A DNA stretch of 64,000 nt, from assembly GCF_964194155.1 (NCBI RefSeq), contig NC_135883.1:75020001-75084000 (forward strand), written 5' to 3'. A program made the position numbers and the translations under genes. The notes under the pieces were generated by a model that had not been told where the DNA came from, searched no databases, and worked only from the letters and a program-made list of their open reading frames with translations. Origin of the DNA: Cetorhinus maximus. Its lineage: Eukaryota. Every line of letters starts with the position of its first letter. The stretch's first letter is position 1. Of this stretch, positions 38,480 to 50,864 are shown in pieces.

Positions 38480-39432
38480 GCTTTTGAGTTGTCAGGCTAC
38501 CTATCCAATATTCAGTCTTGGATGAACCACATTTCCCGTGGTTGAAAATTGGGTAGACTAAAGCCATTGTCTTTGGCCCCCGAGCATAAACCCTGTGCCC
38601 TAGTCAATGATTTCAAGAACACACCCCCACTACGCCACCCCACCACCCCCACCAGCAAATCTCTAATGGTAGGCCAGTCTGTTTGCTACCTCAGTGTTCT
38701 ATACAGCCCCGAACTTTGATTCCAACTCTATCACAAAGACCAGGCTGTCTATTTTTGCCTCTGTACCATCAAAGCTTCTGTCCCTACCAGCACAATCTGC
38801 CAATGAAACCTTCGGCTCTGCCTTTGTCACCTCCAGACTGAACTATTTCCATGTTCTTCCGAGTGGCAGCCATTCTCTACCCTTCATTTGAGTTTCTTCA
38901 ACTCATTTAAAACTCTGCTGGCCATATGCTATCCCAGGTTAAATCTCGAGGGCTCACCAACCCTTTCCTTGCTAACGTGCATTGGCTTCTGCTCCCTGCC
39001 ACCTCCCCCCGCCCCCCCAACCACACCCCCCCCCCCCCCCACCCCCCCACCCGCCACCACCACCCACCCACACACACACACCCTGCAGCAATTTAAATAT
39101 CTCGTCCTTGTATCTGAATACTTTAAAAGGCTGATTCATCCTTATATCTGTAACCTCCTGAAGCCCTACAACCTTCCAGTACTCTCTTTCTCCAACTTTG
39201 GCCTTCTCTGAATTCACCCTCTCTTCACTCCACAATTGGTGACATTCCTTTCAGCTCCAGGATTTCGTCCCTCTCCATAAAACCAACATCTCTGATCAAG
39301 TTTTTGGTTACCTATGCTATAGGTCCTTCTTTGAGTCAGAATCCAATTATGTCTGATTACACCTCTTTGAAGTACTTTTGGATGTTTTTCTATGTTCAAA
39401 GTGTTATATAAATATATGCAGGCTGCTGTTGT
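38480..39432 (+). mobile_element. Decayed L2-like LINE 3' part with an internal poly-C tract
   Basis: SAFVTSRLNY peptide; tail ...ctgctgttgt. Confidence 0.65.
38995..39083. repeat. C-rich low-complexity tract plus (CA)n
   Basis: Long C runs visible directly. Confidence 0.9.
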
Positions 39433-39855
39433 CATAACCTGCTCCTTTGCTTTCTTTCAAAGGTCTCCTAAAAACTTCTCTCTTCCATCATGCTTTCAAT
39501 ACTACCCTCCATCACCAAAAGATCCTTTTCATCTACTGTGCTCATTCTTGTTAAACACCTTGAGAAGTTCTTTCGCATGAGAAATGCAATATAAAGGCCG
39601 TAATTTGCTTTTAATAAAAACAACCAGATGCAGTATCCAGCAGGGTTCCCTCATAGCACTTCAATCAGATTGCAATTTATAATACAAAACATAACAGGTT
39701 TTAAAAATCACCAACAGGACAGGTCATACTGTGTTAAATCGCGCAATATTCAACAAACAGTGCCTTGAATTAAATTTGAAAGCCAGTTAATTGGTTGGTC
39801 AGTCTGTGTGTTCATAGAACATCTGTAGAGAATGCGTAATTACAGCAGAACTCAC

Positions 39856-39919
39856 CATATGGTAGCTAGTTGGTTGTGTGACAAATTGGACTGTACAAGA
39901 GCATTCCTGGCTTGGGGGC
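39856..39919 (-). CDS. ITSN2: ITSN2 exon, EH2 (GPQARNALVQSNLSHNQLATIW), 64 nt
   Basis: cag acceptor, gtgagt donor, phase 1 to 2; same length and phases as the EH1 exon. Confidence 0.95.
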
Positions 39920-40540
39920 CTGAAAACAAAACCAAATCATTAGCAGGCTAGTACATTGTGCTTACAACAATCAGGGGCATTGTCCTGCGTTCAGTTTATA
40001 TTCGTCATTTGCGTTACATAATTTGTACCTTTTCTGATCAAAACATTTCAAAACAGTAGTAACCACTTGTACCAATAAAATTAAATGAAAATTTCAACTA
40101 TTATTGCCCATTCATATATAGCAAAACCTGGGTTAGTCACCATTTCTAATCCCAGCCGGACAAAAACAGAACAAGCAGGCAGTACCACATAGTTGAGGTG
40201 TTAATGCAGCATCTGAATGTTGGAAAAAATTGCAGCAGAGGTTCTGTGAAGCACCTGGGGCTGAGTTTTAAATATATCCCAAAACTATTGTCCTATTAGC
40301 ACAAATATTAATACTTTCAACCACATGTATTCTCATCGAATTAGAATGGAAATCATCACTATGGCAGAGTACATCATAGAGACAATTCTTCAAGCAGTAT
40401 TCCCAACAAAACCCATGTGATGACCTTGCATTGCAATAGGTCTGCTATTAAGTGCTGCAGTATGATTGATCAAATAACCAATACTAAGTCTGCACCAAAG
40501 AAAAGGCTTCAACAAACTCAAGCACATAGACTTCGCTGAC

Positions 40541-40677
40541 CTGAGAGGTAGCCATTCATGGATTTATCAAGGCTATTGAACAATTGTCGATATTTGAGCC
40601 TGGCAGGCTGAGGAACTCCCCAGTCAGAGGAACTCATTTTAGGTGAGGCGAGAGAAGTAGTGGATGATGATGAACTG
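40541..40677 (-). CDS. ITSN2: ITSN2 exon, start of EH2 ([45 protein letters not shown]), 137 nt
   Basis: cagcag tandem acceptor, gtcagc donor, phase 2 to 1. Confidence 0.93.
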
Positions 40678-41119
40678 CTGAAAAAAGGGAAACAAAGATT
40701 TGAAGCTAACAATTAGATATAATTTCAACCACAAAGTTTCAAAGCATTAATCCTTATGTTATTCACGTGAAGATTCAAACCCATGCAAGAACTAACGCTG
40801 AAAATACAGTCTTAGAGTATTGCAGTTTAGTAATACAGTAAAAAGTGAAAAACAGACACACTGAGCCAAATCTTGACCACTTAATCCCTGTCAGAATGCT
40901 GGGTCCATTTTCGGGCTGGGAACCTGATTTCCAAAGAGGCAGGCTTTGCCCAGGCTCTTTCCCAGAATAATGGCATTAGAACCCTACCTCTAAGTTCCCT
41001 GACCAATTAGAGATTAAGAATTCCATTCTGTCAAAGGAAAGATTTCTAATATGAGGGACCACAACATGAATTACACACGTTCACCAGTACTTAGGATTTT
41101 TGAGGCTGCAGCAACCACT

Positions 41120-41720
41120 GGGATGGGGGAGAGACCTGGGAAGGCTGCTCTTCCCTGGCTCTCTCACTCTTACCTGGAGGTTCTGTTGCAGGGTCTGAGA
41201 AGCTGCAGTGAGGCGAGTTCTCTCAAGGAGGGGGGGAATAGTTATCTCTCCAACGAAGCAGAAGTGGATGTAAGTGGCTGAGGAAGTCAGCAGCAGAAGC
41301 ATGCTCCCGCCAATCTGGAGACAGTGCAACAAGGGGATCCAGGACCTCAGGAGTGCAGAAAAGCTGAGTGGTATAACAATTTCAGGTGCCAAGCCCCACA
41401 ACACTTCATTTACCTAGCATTTTCCTACACAGCATTTCACAAGTTGACACATCTTGCAGCTCCACTCTTTTCTCTCTCCGCAAGTGCCTCACGCCCCCAT
41501 CTGAGCAGCCAACACTCTCACTCGCCCTCAGCCTATTGCCTCCTCACACCCATGTCTCACAGTGACCCTCTGCAAATGGTGTCCTTTCCCTCCTCTCCAA
41601 ACAAGCAATTATAAACACTCACACCCCTCTATTTTCTCCCCTTGCAGGAAAATAGCAGATACTACTTGGCAAGAGGCAGAGACACAATGGGGTGACCCCC
41701 AGTGACAGGCACCTTGTTGG
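41120..41720 (+). mobile_element. Decayed Myb/SANT-like ORF, probable Harbinger transposon relic
   Basis: PWLSHSYLEVLLQGLR...KQKWM*VAEEVSSRSMLPPIWRQCNK, with a stop and frameshift. Confidence 0.6.
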
Positions 41721-42015
41721 CCATTGGCAGTGTGTGCCCACCTGTTCACAAGGAAGGAGGTCTTGCTCCAGGAGGCAGCAGAGTTCAGCAGGGACTTGCC
41801 ATGCCTGTCTGAACCACTGGAGCTCAAACACATCAAGAGAGTTGATTTTTGTCTGCAGACCCTGATTTCGGAGTCTCGCATCCTTCCAGCTGGATCTTGG
41901 TGTCCTGTAGAGGGATATGCGATTGAGGCAACAGTAGTTGTTCCTAATGCTGGTGCAATTGTTGGCAGTGGTATGGCTTCTGCACTTGCCCTTCAGCAGT
42001 GATGAAAGGTGGAGA

Positions 42016-42990
42016 TTTTTTTGTTCCATTCATTTATGGGATTTGAGCATCACAGGCAACGCCAGCATTTGTTGCCCATCTCCAATTGCCCTTGAGATGG
42101 TGGTGGTGAGCTGCCTTTGTGAACTGCTGATGTCCTGCAGTATTGTTAGGAAGGGAGTTTCAAGATTTTGACCCAGTGACAGTAAAGCAACTGCAATAAA
42201 GCTCCAAGTCGGAGTGGTGTATAACTTGGAGGGAACTTACAGGTGGTGGTGTTCCCATGCATCTGCTGCCTTGTTCTTTATGGTAGAAGAAGATGTGGGT
42301 TTAGAAGGAGCTGTCAAAGGAGGCTTGGCAATTTGCTGCAGTGCATAGTGTAGATGATGCATACTCCTGCTACAACGCGCCAGTGGTGGAAGGAATGAAT
42401 ATTTAAGATGGTGAATGGGGTGGCAATCTAGCTACTCAGGGTCTGCCCTTAAACTGCCTCATTAACGACCTTCACTCCATCATAAGGTCAGAAGTAAGAA
42501 TGTTCGCTAATGATTACAGTGTTCAATACCATTCGCAACTCTTCTGTGCGCACCGGCAGAAAAATTGAGGCAACATTCAGGCTTGGGCTGATATACGGCA
42601 AGTAACATTCATGCCACCCAAATGCCAGGCAATGACCATCTCCAACACAAAAAAAAGGAGATACTCTAACTATCTCTCCTTGATGTTCAACACCATTACC
42701 ATCATTGATTCCCCCACTATCAACATCCTGGGGTTACCTTGACCAGAAACTGAACTGGACCAGCGATATAAATACTGTGGTTACAAGTCCAGGTTAGGGG
42801 CTAGGAGTACTTGGGCAAGTAACTCACCTCATGACTCCCCAAAGCCTGTCCACCATCTACAAGGTGCAGGTCAGGAGTGTGATGGAATACTCTCTATTTG
42901 CTTAGATGGGTGCAACTCCAACAACACTCAAGAAGCTTGACACCATCCAGGATAAAGAAACCTGCTGGTTTCTGGTCAATGGTAACAGTC
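42016..42990. mobile_element. Family A LINE with an inverted 5' segment
   Basis: Minus-strand tail segment ~42016-42430 joined to a plus-strand RT segment ~42455-42960. Confidence 0.75.
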
Positions 42991-44225
42991 TCAACCCTAT
43001 CATCCCAGTGGGTTGCCAACTTCAAGTGTAACTATAGCAGAACGAAAATTAAGAACAGCATAAGCAAACAGGAGCTCTTAAAAGGACAACTCTTTCAGTC
43101 CTTCAGTCCAGAAAGCTGCATTTTAAAAAGCTTATTAACATTATTTGAAATAATCCTGTGCTACATTTGCAAAAAGGGAGTTTATGCATTTTTATGAAAT
43201 ACTTCTGTTCACTGTTTAAACAAACTTTACACTATTTAAAATTGTGGACAAAGGAACTTCATACACATGTTAACACATTAAGCTCATTAATCTATTAACC
43301 AAGTGTTACAAGTGCGATTTTTTCTGCCTTTGCAATCACATCATCTTGTGAACAAAGACAAAAATGTTGAAATTATCTAATGAGGGCGTTTTGTTTTCAG
43401 AGCTTGTGACATATGCATTATAAACATTAAGCAACAAATCTTCATTCGGCTGACAGTGAACCCCCAAAAAGACACTGTCTATAAACAAAATTAGTGCGTG
43501 GTGTTCTGAATTTGCCAAACGTGGCAATGCAGATTTAAATGTCAAATTCCACACTGCACTGTGAAAATAATCAATGCAATGCCAAGGGCTTGTGACTGTG
43601 TTACTATGTTCTCCTTTTTCATTACACTCTCTTTGAAATTCCTTACAAAAATCAACAGAGAATACCTATTTTCCAGAATTAATTGCCTGATAATGAAATC
43701 ACACTCTCAATCACATTTCATTATGCAAGCTATCAATTATCATATGAAATAGGAAGTCTTCTATTTTTATTGAAAGTGGAATTATTAAGGATCTTTAAAA
43801 ATAATACAATCTGCTGTGCTTACCACAATGTGCCGTCACTTATTGAGTAGGGAAAGGTCGAATGAGAAATTTGCAATGGTTTCAATAACAGTTTTCCTTG
43901 GCACTTTTCTAAATCTACACTTGCTTTCTGTCATATGACAGGTAAGAAAAGGATTTTCTGACAATTTGCCAAACAGGAACAAAGAATTGCAACAAGTTTT
44001 TCTGACATATTGGACAGAAAAAAATAAATGCATTACATTTCCCATTCAAAAACGCTGTTTTTTACTTAGTTGATTTAACAGCTTCAGCTAGAACTAGAAT
44101 GTGTATTTAAATAATGTTTGCTTACACTTAAAACAAACAAGTGACTAAATCTGCAACATACTCATCTCCTCTGTGTAATCCACCCAAATGCAATGGACGG
44201 AACAACATTACATGAAAAATATTAC

Positions 44226-44322
44226 CTGCTGGAGCCAAGATCAATCAGTGACTGAGCCTTGTGCAGGCCAACGTTTCCAAATCCTGCTAATGGCTGCCTC
44301 AGAGGCCCAGTATGGGAGAGTG
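44226..44322 (-). CDS. ITSN2: ITSN2 exon (TLSHTGPLRQPLAGFGNVGLHKAQSLIDLGSSS), 97 nt
   Basis: poly-T tag acceptor, gtaat donor, phase 1 to 2. Confidence 0.93.
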
Positions 44323-45611
44323 CTAAAAAAAAAGAACACCATAACATGAGGAACAAAGGTCAAGGAAGAGGTACAATAGATTCCCCTCACTTTTAGGTAG
44401 TTTATCTTAAAACTTCCCTCCAAGTACAAGAATATGCTTTTCATTATTCTATCAATCATGGACAAAGACACACAAAGGCAGCAGGTTGGTCCAGCCCGGG
44501 ATTTAACCAGGTAAAATACACAGTAGTGTGGAGGCAGCTTAAAATTATGAAACAAAGAACATGAATTTTGACTTAGTTCAAGTACTTTCACAGCTAATTG
44601 GTTAAATGAAAAGTTATTCCCTTATAATTAACATGAAGTTTGGTGGTTAGCCTTAAAGACAACCATCGAAGTATGATGGGTATATGGAGTCTTCTGCTTT
44701 ACTTTCACTGAGGTGTGGATCTTGAACAATGTCAAACTATAACCTGTGGTTTCAGTTGAACAGAACTGCAACTGTTATGTCCCTAGAAAGCTGTAACTGC
44801 ACAGTAACATTATATCCATTGTGTATATACAGAGACTCTCCAACTACAAAACATACTTCACAGTCAGAGGAGAGGTGCATGCTATCGTGGATACCAAAAT
44901 TGCAGAGTGCAGATCAATCAATACCTGCAATTTCCTGTTCACAGCCAGGTCATTAGTGAACACACCAAATGGAATCCAGGGATGGAAACAGTTTACTAGT
45001 TTAAACTACATGAACCAATTTGTTGAAGAAAATTTATAGTTCCATAGAATGAGTACTGGAAACTGTAGAGGCAGGAAAGGGAACTTGCAGCGGGAGAGGG
45101 TGGATCCAGTTGTTGTAGTCCATGTAGGTAACAATGACATATGCAGGGCTAGGAAAGAAGTTCTAGTTCGAGAGTATGAGCAGCTAGGGGCTAAATTAAG
45201 AAGCAGAAGCTTAAAAGGTAATAATCTCTGGATTATTACCTGAGCCATGAGCAAATTGAAGTAGGGTAAATAAGATTAGAGAGTTAAAAATAGATTGGTA
45301 TGGAGGAAACAGGTTTTGATTCATGGGGCACTGGCACAAATGATGACACAAATAGAAGTAAACAGGTATGATCGAATTGCCATTATGGAGAGGTGGCTGC
45401 AGGGCGACCAAGGCTTAGAACTGAATGTACAACTATATTTGACATTTAGGAAGGATAAGCAAAAGGAAAAGGAAGTGAGGTAGCGCCATTAATAAAGCAT
45501 GACATCAGTACATTAGTGAGACAGGATCTTAGACTGGAAGGTCAAGATGTAGAACCAGTTTGGGTGGAACTAAGAAACAGTAGGGGAAGCAATCATTAAT
45601 AGGAGTAGTTT

Positions 45612-47392
45612 ATTTTATTCATTCACGGGATGTGGGTATCACTGGCTGGGCCAGCATTTATTGCCCATCCCTAGTTGCCCTTGAGAAGGTGGTGCTGAGC
45701 TGCCTACTTGAACCGCTGCAGTCCATGTGGTGTAGGTACACCAACAGTGCTGTTAGGAAGGGAGTTCCAGGATTTTGGCCCAGCGACAGTAAAGGAACAG
45801 CGATATATTTCCAAGTCAGGATGGTGATTGACTTGGAGAGGAACTTCCAGCTGGTGGTTTTCCCATCTACCTGCTACCTTTGTCCTTCGAGATGGTGGTG
45901 GTCATGGGTTTGGAAGATGCTGTCTAAGGAACCTTGGTGAATTCCTGCAGTGTATCTTGTAGATGGTACACACTGCTGCTACTGTGCGTCAGTGGTGGAG
46001 GGAGTGAATGTTTGTGGATATGGTGCTGGGTTGCTTTGTCCTGGACGGTGTCAAGCTTCTTGAGTGTTGTGGGAGCTGCACTCATCCAGGGAAGTGGGGG
46101 GTTTTCCATCACACTCCTCACTTGTGCCTTGTAGATGGTAGACAGGCTTTGGGGAGTCAAGAGGTGCATTACTCGTCGCAGGATTCATAGCCTCAAACCT
46201 GCTCTCGCAGCCACATTATTTATACGGCTAGTCCAATTTAGTTTCTGGTTAATGGTAACCCCAAAGATGTTGATAGTGGGGGGATTCAGTAATGGTAATG
46301 CCATTGAACATCAAGATTCTCTCTTGTTGGAGATGGCCATTGCCTGACACTTGTGTGGCACAAATGTTACTTGCCACTTGTCAGCCCAAGTCTGGATATT
46401 GTCCAGGTCTTGCTCCATTTGGGCATGGGCTGCTTCAGCATCTGAGGATGAGGTCAAGTATGTTTTTCCCTCTTGTTGGTTCCGTCACCACCTGCCGTAG
46501 ATCCAGTCTAGTAGCTATGTCCTTTAGGACTTGGTCAGTAGCGGTCCTACCTTGCCAGTCTTGGTGATAGACATTGAAGTCCCACACCCAGGGTACATAA
46601 TGCACCCTTGCCACCCTCAGTGCTTCCTCCAAGTGGTGTCCAACATAGAGGAGCACTGATTCATCAGCTGAGGGAGGGCGCTATGTGGTAATCAGCAGGA
46701 GGTTTCCTTGCCCATGTTTGACCTGATGCCATGAGACTTCACGGGGTCCAGGGTTGATGTTGAGGACTCCCAGGGCAAATCCCTCCCGACTGTGTACCAC
46801 TGTGCTGCCACCTCTGCTAGGTCTGTCCTGCCGGTGGGACAGGACAAACCCAGGGATGGTGATGGTGGCGTCTGGGACATTATTTCTAAGGAATGATTCC
46901 GTGAGGATGACTATGTCAGTCTGTTGCTTGACTAGTCTGTGAGAACAGCTCTCCCAATTTTGGTACTAGCCCCCACGTGTCAATAAGGAGGGCTTTGCAG
47001 GGTTGACAGGGCTGAATTTGCCGTTGTCGTTTCCAGTGCCTAGGTCAGTCCGTCCGGCTTCATTCTTTTTTTGAGACTTGGTAGCAATTTGATACAACTG
47101 AGTGGCTTACTAGGCCATTTCAGAGTCAACCACATTGCTATGGGTCTGGAGTCACATGTCAGCCAGACCAGGTGAGGATGGCAGATTTCCTTCCCTAAAG
47201 GGCATTAGTGAACCAGATGGGTTTTTACAACAATTGACAATGGTTTCATGCTCATCGGTCATAGATTCTTAATTCCAGATTTTTATTGAATTCAAGCTCT
47301 ACCATCTGCTGTGACGGGATTCGAAACTGGGTCCCCAGAGCATTACCCTGGGTCTCATGATTTTAGTCCAGCGGCAATACCACGTCATCGAC
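45612..47392 (-). mobile_element. Internally deleted family A element with tRNA-like head, APE region, RT C-terminus and tail
   Basis: B box GTTTCGAATCC at 47317-47327; APE peptide to EPTRGKNILDLIL, jump at ~46445 to QDLDNIQ; tail at ~45615. Confidence 0.85.
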
Positions 47393-47496
47393 ATCAAACA
47401 GATGTGGTGTGTAGCGCACAGAATACATCAGGAAAGTAGAGGTGCATGTAACAAGGGTAATGCAGTAATCCTGGGGGGCTTCAATCCACCAACAGG

Positions 47497-47900
47497 CATA
47501 CATACATACGAACAAGGAGCAGGAGTAGGACATTCGGCCCCTCAAGCCTGCTCTGCCATTTAATAAGGTCATAGCTGATCTGATAGTAACCTCAAATTTG
47601 CATCCAGCTTACCCTCGATAACCTATTACCTCCTTGCTTACCAAGAATCTATCCAGCTCTACTTAAAAATATTCAAAGACTCTGCTTCCACCGCCTTTTC
47701 AGGAAGAGAGTTCCAAAGACTCATGGCCCTCAGAGCAAAGATTTCCCCTCATCTCCATTTTAAATGGGCAACCCTGTATTTTTAAGCAGTGACCCCTCGC
47801 TCTAGATTCTCCTATAACAGGAAACATCCTCTCCACACCCACCCGCTCAAGACCCCTCAGGATCTTAAGTTTCAATCAAGCTGCCTCTTACTTTTCTAAA
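47497..47900 (-). mobile_element. CR1-type family B 3' fragment, inverted, nested
   Basis: Reverse complement of the family B tail (aggagcaggagtagg..cattcggcccctcaagcctgct). Confidence 0.8.
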
Positions 47901-49039
47901 CTGAGTAAACCTAATTAGCACTAACGCTGTGGAGGACAAACTCCTGGAATATATACAAGATGTTTTTCTAGAACAGTGCGTTGAGGAATCAACTAGAGAA
48001 AGACCTATTTTAGATCTAGTTGTGTACAATGAGAAAGGGATAATTAATAATCTCGCTGTAAAGGAGCCTTTAGGGAAGAGTGATCATATTATGATGGAAT
48101 TTTACATTAAGCTTGAAAGTGATGTAGTTCAATCCCAAATTAGGGTCTGCAGTCTAAACAAAGGAAACTACTTATGTATGAGGGGAAAGTTGGCCATGGT
48201 AGACTGGGAAACTACATTAAAAAGTATGTCAGTAGACAGGCAATCCTGCAGATTGGAAGTTAGAAAACGTATCCCCATTATTAAAGAAAGGAGAGAAAAC
48301 GGGAAATGCTAGAATCTATTATAAACAATGTGATAACTGACACTTCGAAAAAAAATGGTAGGATTGGACAGAATCAACATGGAGATATGAAAGGGAAATC
48401 ATGTTTGACAAACTGTTGGAGTTTTTTGAGGCTATTACTTGTAGTATAGATAAAGGAGAACCTGTGGATGTGGTGTATTTGTTATTTCAGAAGGTTTTTG
48501 ATAAGGTTCCATGCAAGAGAATAGTAAGAAAAATTAAAGCACCTGGGATTGGGGGTAATCTACTGGCTTGAATTGAGAATTGGTTAACGTACAGAAAACA
48601 GAGCGTAGGAATAAACGGGTCATTATCAGTCTAGCAGGCTGTGACTAGAGGGGTACTGCAAGGATCAATGCTTGGGCCCCAGCTATTCACAATCTATATC
48701 AATGATTTGGATGTGGGGACCAAATGTAATATTTCCAAGACTGCTGATGACACAAAACTATGTGGGAATGAGAGCTGTGAGGAACATGCAAAGAGGCTCC
48801 AAGGGGACTTAGACAGGCTAATGAGTGGGCAAGAACATGGCACATGGAATATAATGTGGAAAAATGTGAAGCTATCCTCTTTGGTAGGAAAGACAGAAAT
48901 GCAGAGCATTTCTTAAATGGTGAGTGATTGTGAAGTGTTGATGTCCAAAGGGACCTGGGTGGCCCTTGTTCATATATCACTGAAAGCTAACATGGAGGTG
49001 CAGCAAGCATTTAGGAAGACATATGGTATATTGGCCTTT

Positions 49040-50112
49040 TCTCATGATAGTGGATCACAGTCCATCAACAGCGAATCAGACATATTGAACTTGTTGAGGA
49101 AGACATGTGTTTTTTTAAAAAGGACATACCAGCAAAAACTGGTTGAGGCTTTAAGGTAACCACTTTCTGGAAAATTCCTATGTGGATTACACTTGACTGA
49201 CTAGTCCAGAGATCATGGATATCACACCTAAAAGGTGTCAAGGCCTACTTCAGACAGAGAGACTTCAAAAGGAGAAATGCATTGCAAAAGGCTGAACTCT
49301 AATCTCCTATGATTGCAGAAACAATGGAGACTGATTACCATCTCAGCAGAAACCATCTCCTGTTGGTGGACGAAAGACATGTTTGTTTATCCCTTCGAGG
49401 AATACACAAGAAAAGGGGTTAAAAAGCCAGCTGCAACCCTGACCCATGTGTGCTAGTTCTGCTGTTCTAGTTCCAGTATGTTTGCGTGTGCTGTTAAGGT
49501 CACAGCAGAAGAACAGCAACTAGGCATCCCTGCAGCTTGCAGGTAAAAGTCTCTCTCTGTTGCTGGAGGCAAGTCACAAATCAGCAATGCCACAATCAAA
49601 AAGGAAACAGGACAACCCCTTCAGCTAACCTGCAGAACCAAGTGTCTCCAAACCAACTGCTCAACTGCTAAAGTCAGCTCTACCGGGACCACCCAACTTC
49701 ACGGCTGCAACGTTTCACTACCTACTCCTCACGGACAAGATAAAGGCTGATTCATATTTTTTTTTACTTTTATTTTTGGACTCAACTTTTCATTTCTAAT
49801 CTGTGTTGCATGCGGGTTGTGCTTTTATTATTTTTCTCGGGTTTTTAGTAACTCATAAGTTTACTCTTTCTTTGGCTCAAGAAAGCCTGGTTAAATTGGC
49901 TCCTTCTAAAACATAAATACATTTGGACCAGGAAAAGGTGTCCTGGAAAAGGGAAGGAATCCTTTTTAAATTAACCTTGTCGTGGCCAACCGAAAGGGTT
50001 GAATAAGAAGGGGAGCCAGTTCATCCCTCCTCACCCAGGAGCATAACAATTTGGGGTATCTTGTCCGGGATCATAACAAATCGGGGGACCTCGCCGGGGA
50101 CCAGTCATAACA
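49040..50112 (+). mobile_element. Solo LTR, 1073 bp, inserted in CR1
   Basis: tctcatga...tcataaca termini; 4-bp TSD cttt (49036-49039, 50113-50116); host reads through ttggccttt/aatgcaagag. Confidence 0.75.
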
Positions 50113-50864
50113 CTTTAATGCAAGAGAATTTGAATACAGGTCTTGCTGCCATTGTATAGAGCCTTGGTGAAACCACACCTGCAGTATTGTGTAGAGTGTT
50201 AGTCTCCTTACCTAAGGAAGGATATACTTGCCATGGAGGGAGTGCAACAAAGGTTCACCAGACTGATTCATGAGATGACAGAGGTCTATGAGTAGAGATT
50301 GAGGAGACTGGGTCTACATTCCCTCGAGTTTAGAGAAGAATGAGAGGTGATCTCACTGAAGCATTCAAAATTCTTAGAGGGCGTGACAGGGTAGATGCAG
50401 GAAAAATATTTCTCCTGGCTGGGGTGTCTAGAACTAAGGGACACAATCTTAGAATGAGAGGTAGGCCATTTAGGGCTGAGATGAGGAGGAACTTCTTCAC
50501 TCAGGGGGTGGTGAATCTTTGGAATTCTCTACTCTAGGGGGCTGTGGAGGCTCAATCAATGAATATATTCAAGACAAAGATTGATAGGCTTCTAGATATT
50601 AAAAATATCAAGGGATATGGAGATAGTGTGTGAAAATGACATTGAGGTAGATGATTAGCTATGATCTGGTTAAATGGTGCAGCGGGCTCAAGGGGCTGAA
50701 TGGCCTTCTCTTGCTCCTCTATTCTATGTTCCTATGAAGGAGGATATTGAGAAAGAGGAAATATTGGGAGGGGAGGACCTCATTAGGTTGAATGTACCAA
50801 ATGGAAGAAACAATCACATTCTCAGAGATTACAAACGCTTTCATCTGTCAGTCTGAGAGTGCCT

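Larger units (their letters stand above)
45040..50735 (+). mobile_element. Decayed CR1-type LINE (family B) hosting three nested insertions
   Basis: VVVHVGNNDI (ORF1 esterase-like), APE fragments, [26 protein letters not shown], tail ctattctatgttcctatg. Confidence 0.85.

Noticed and set aside
50042-50112. CRISPR-like repeat-spacer pattern
   Set aside because: The repeat is only 7 bp, the spacers resemble each other and a PBS, the context is eukaryotic, and no cas genes are present.
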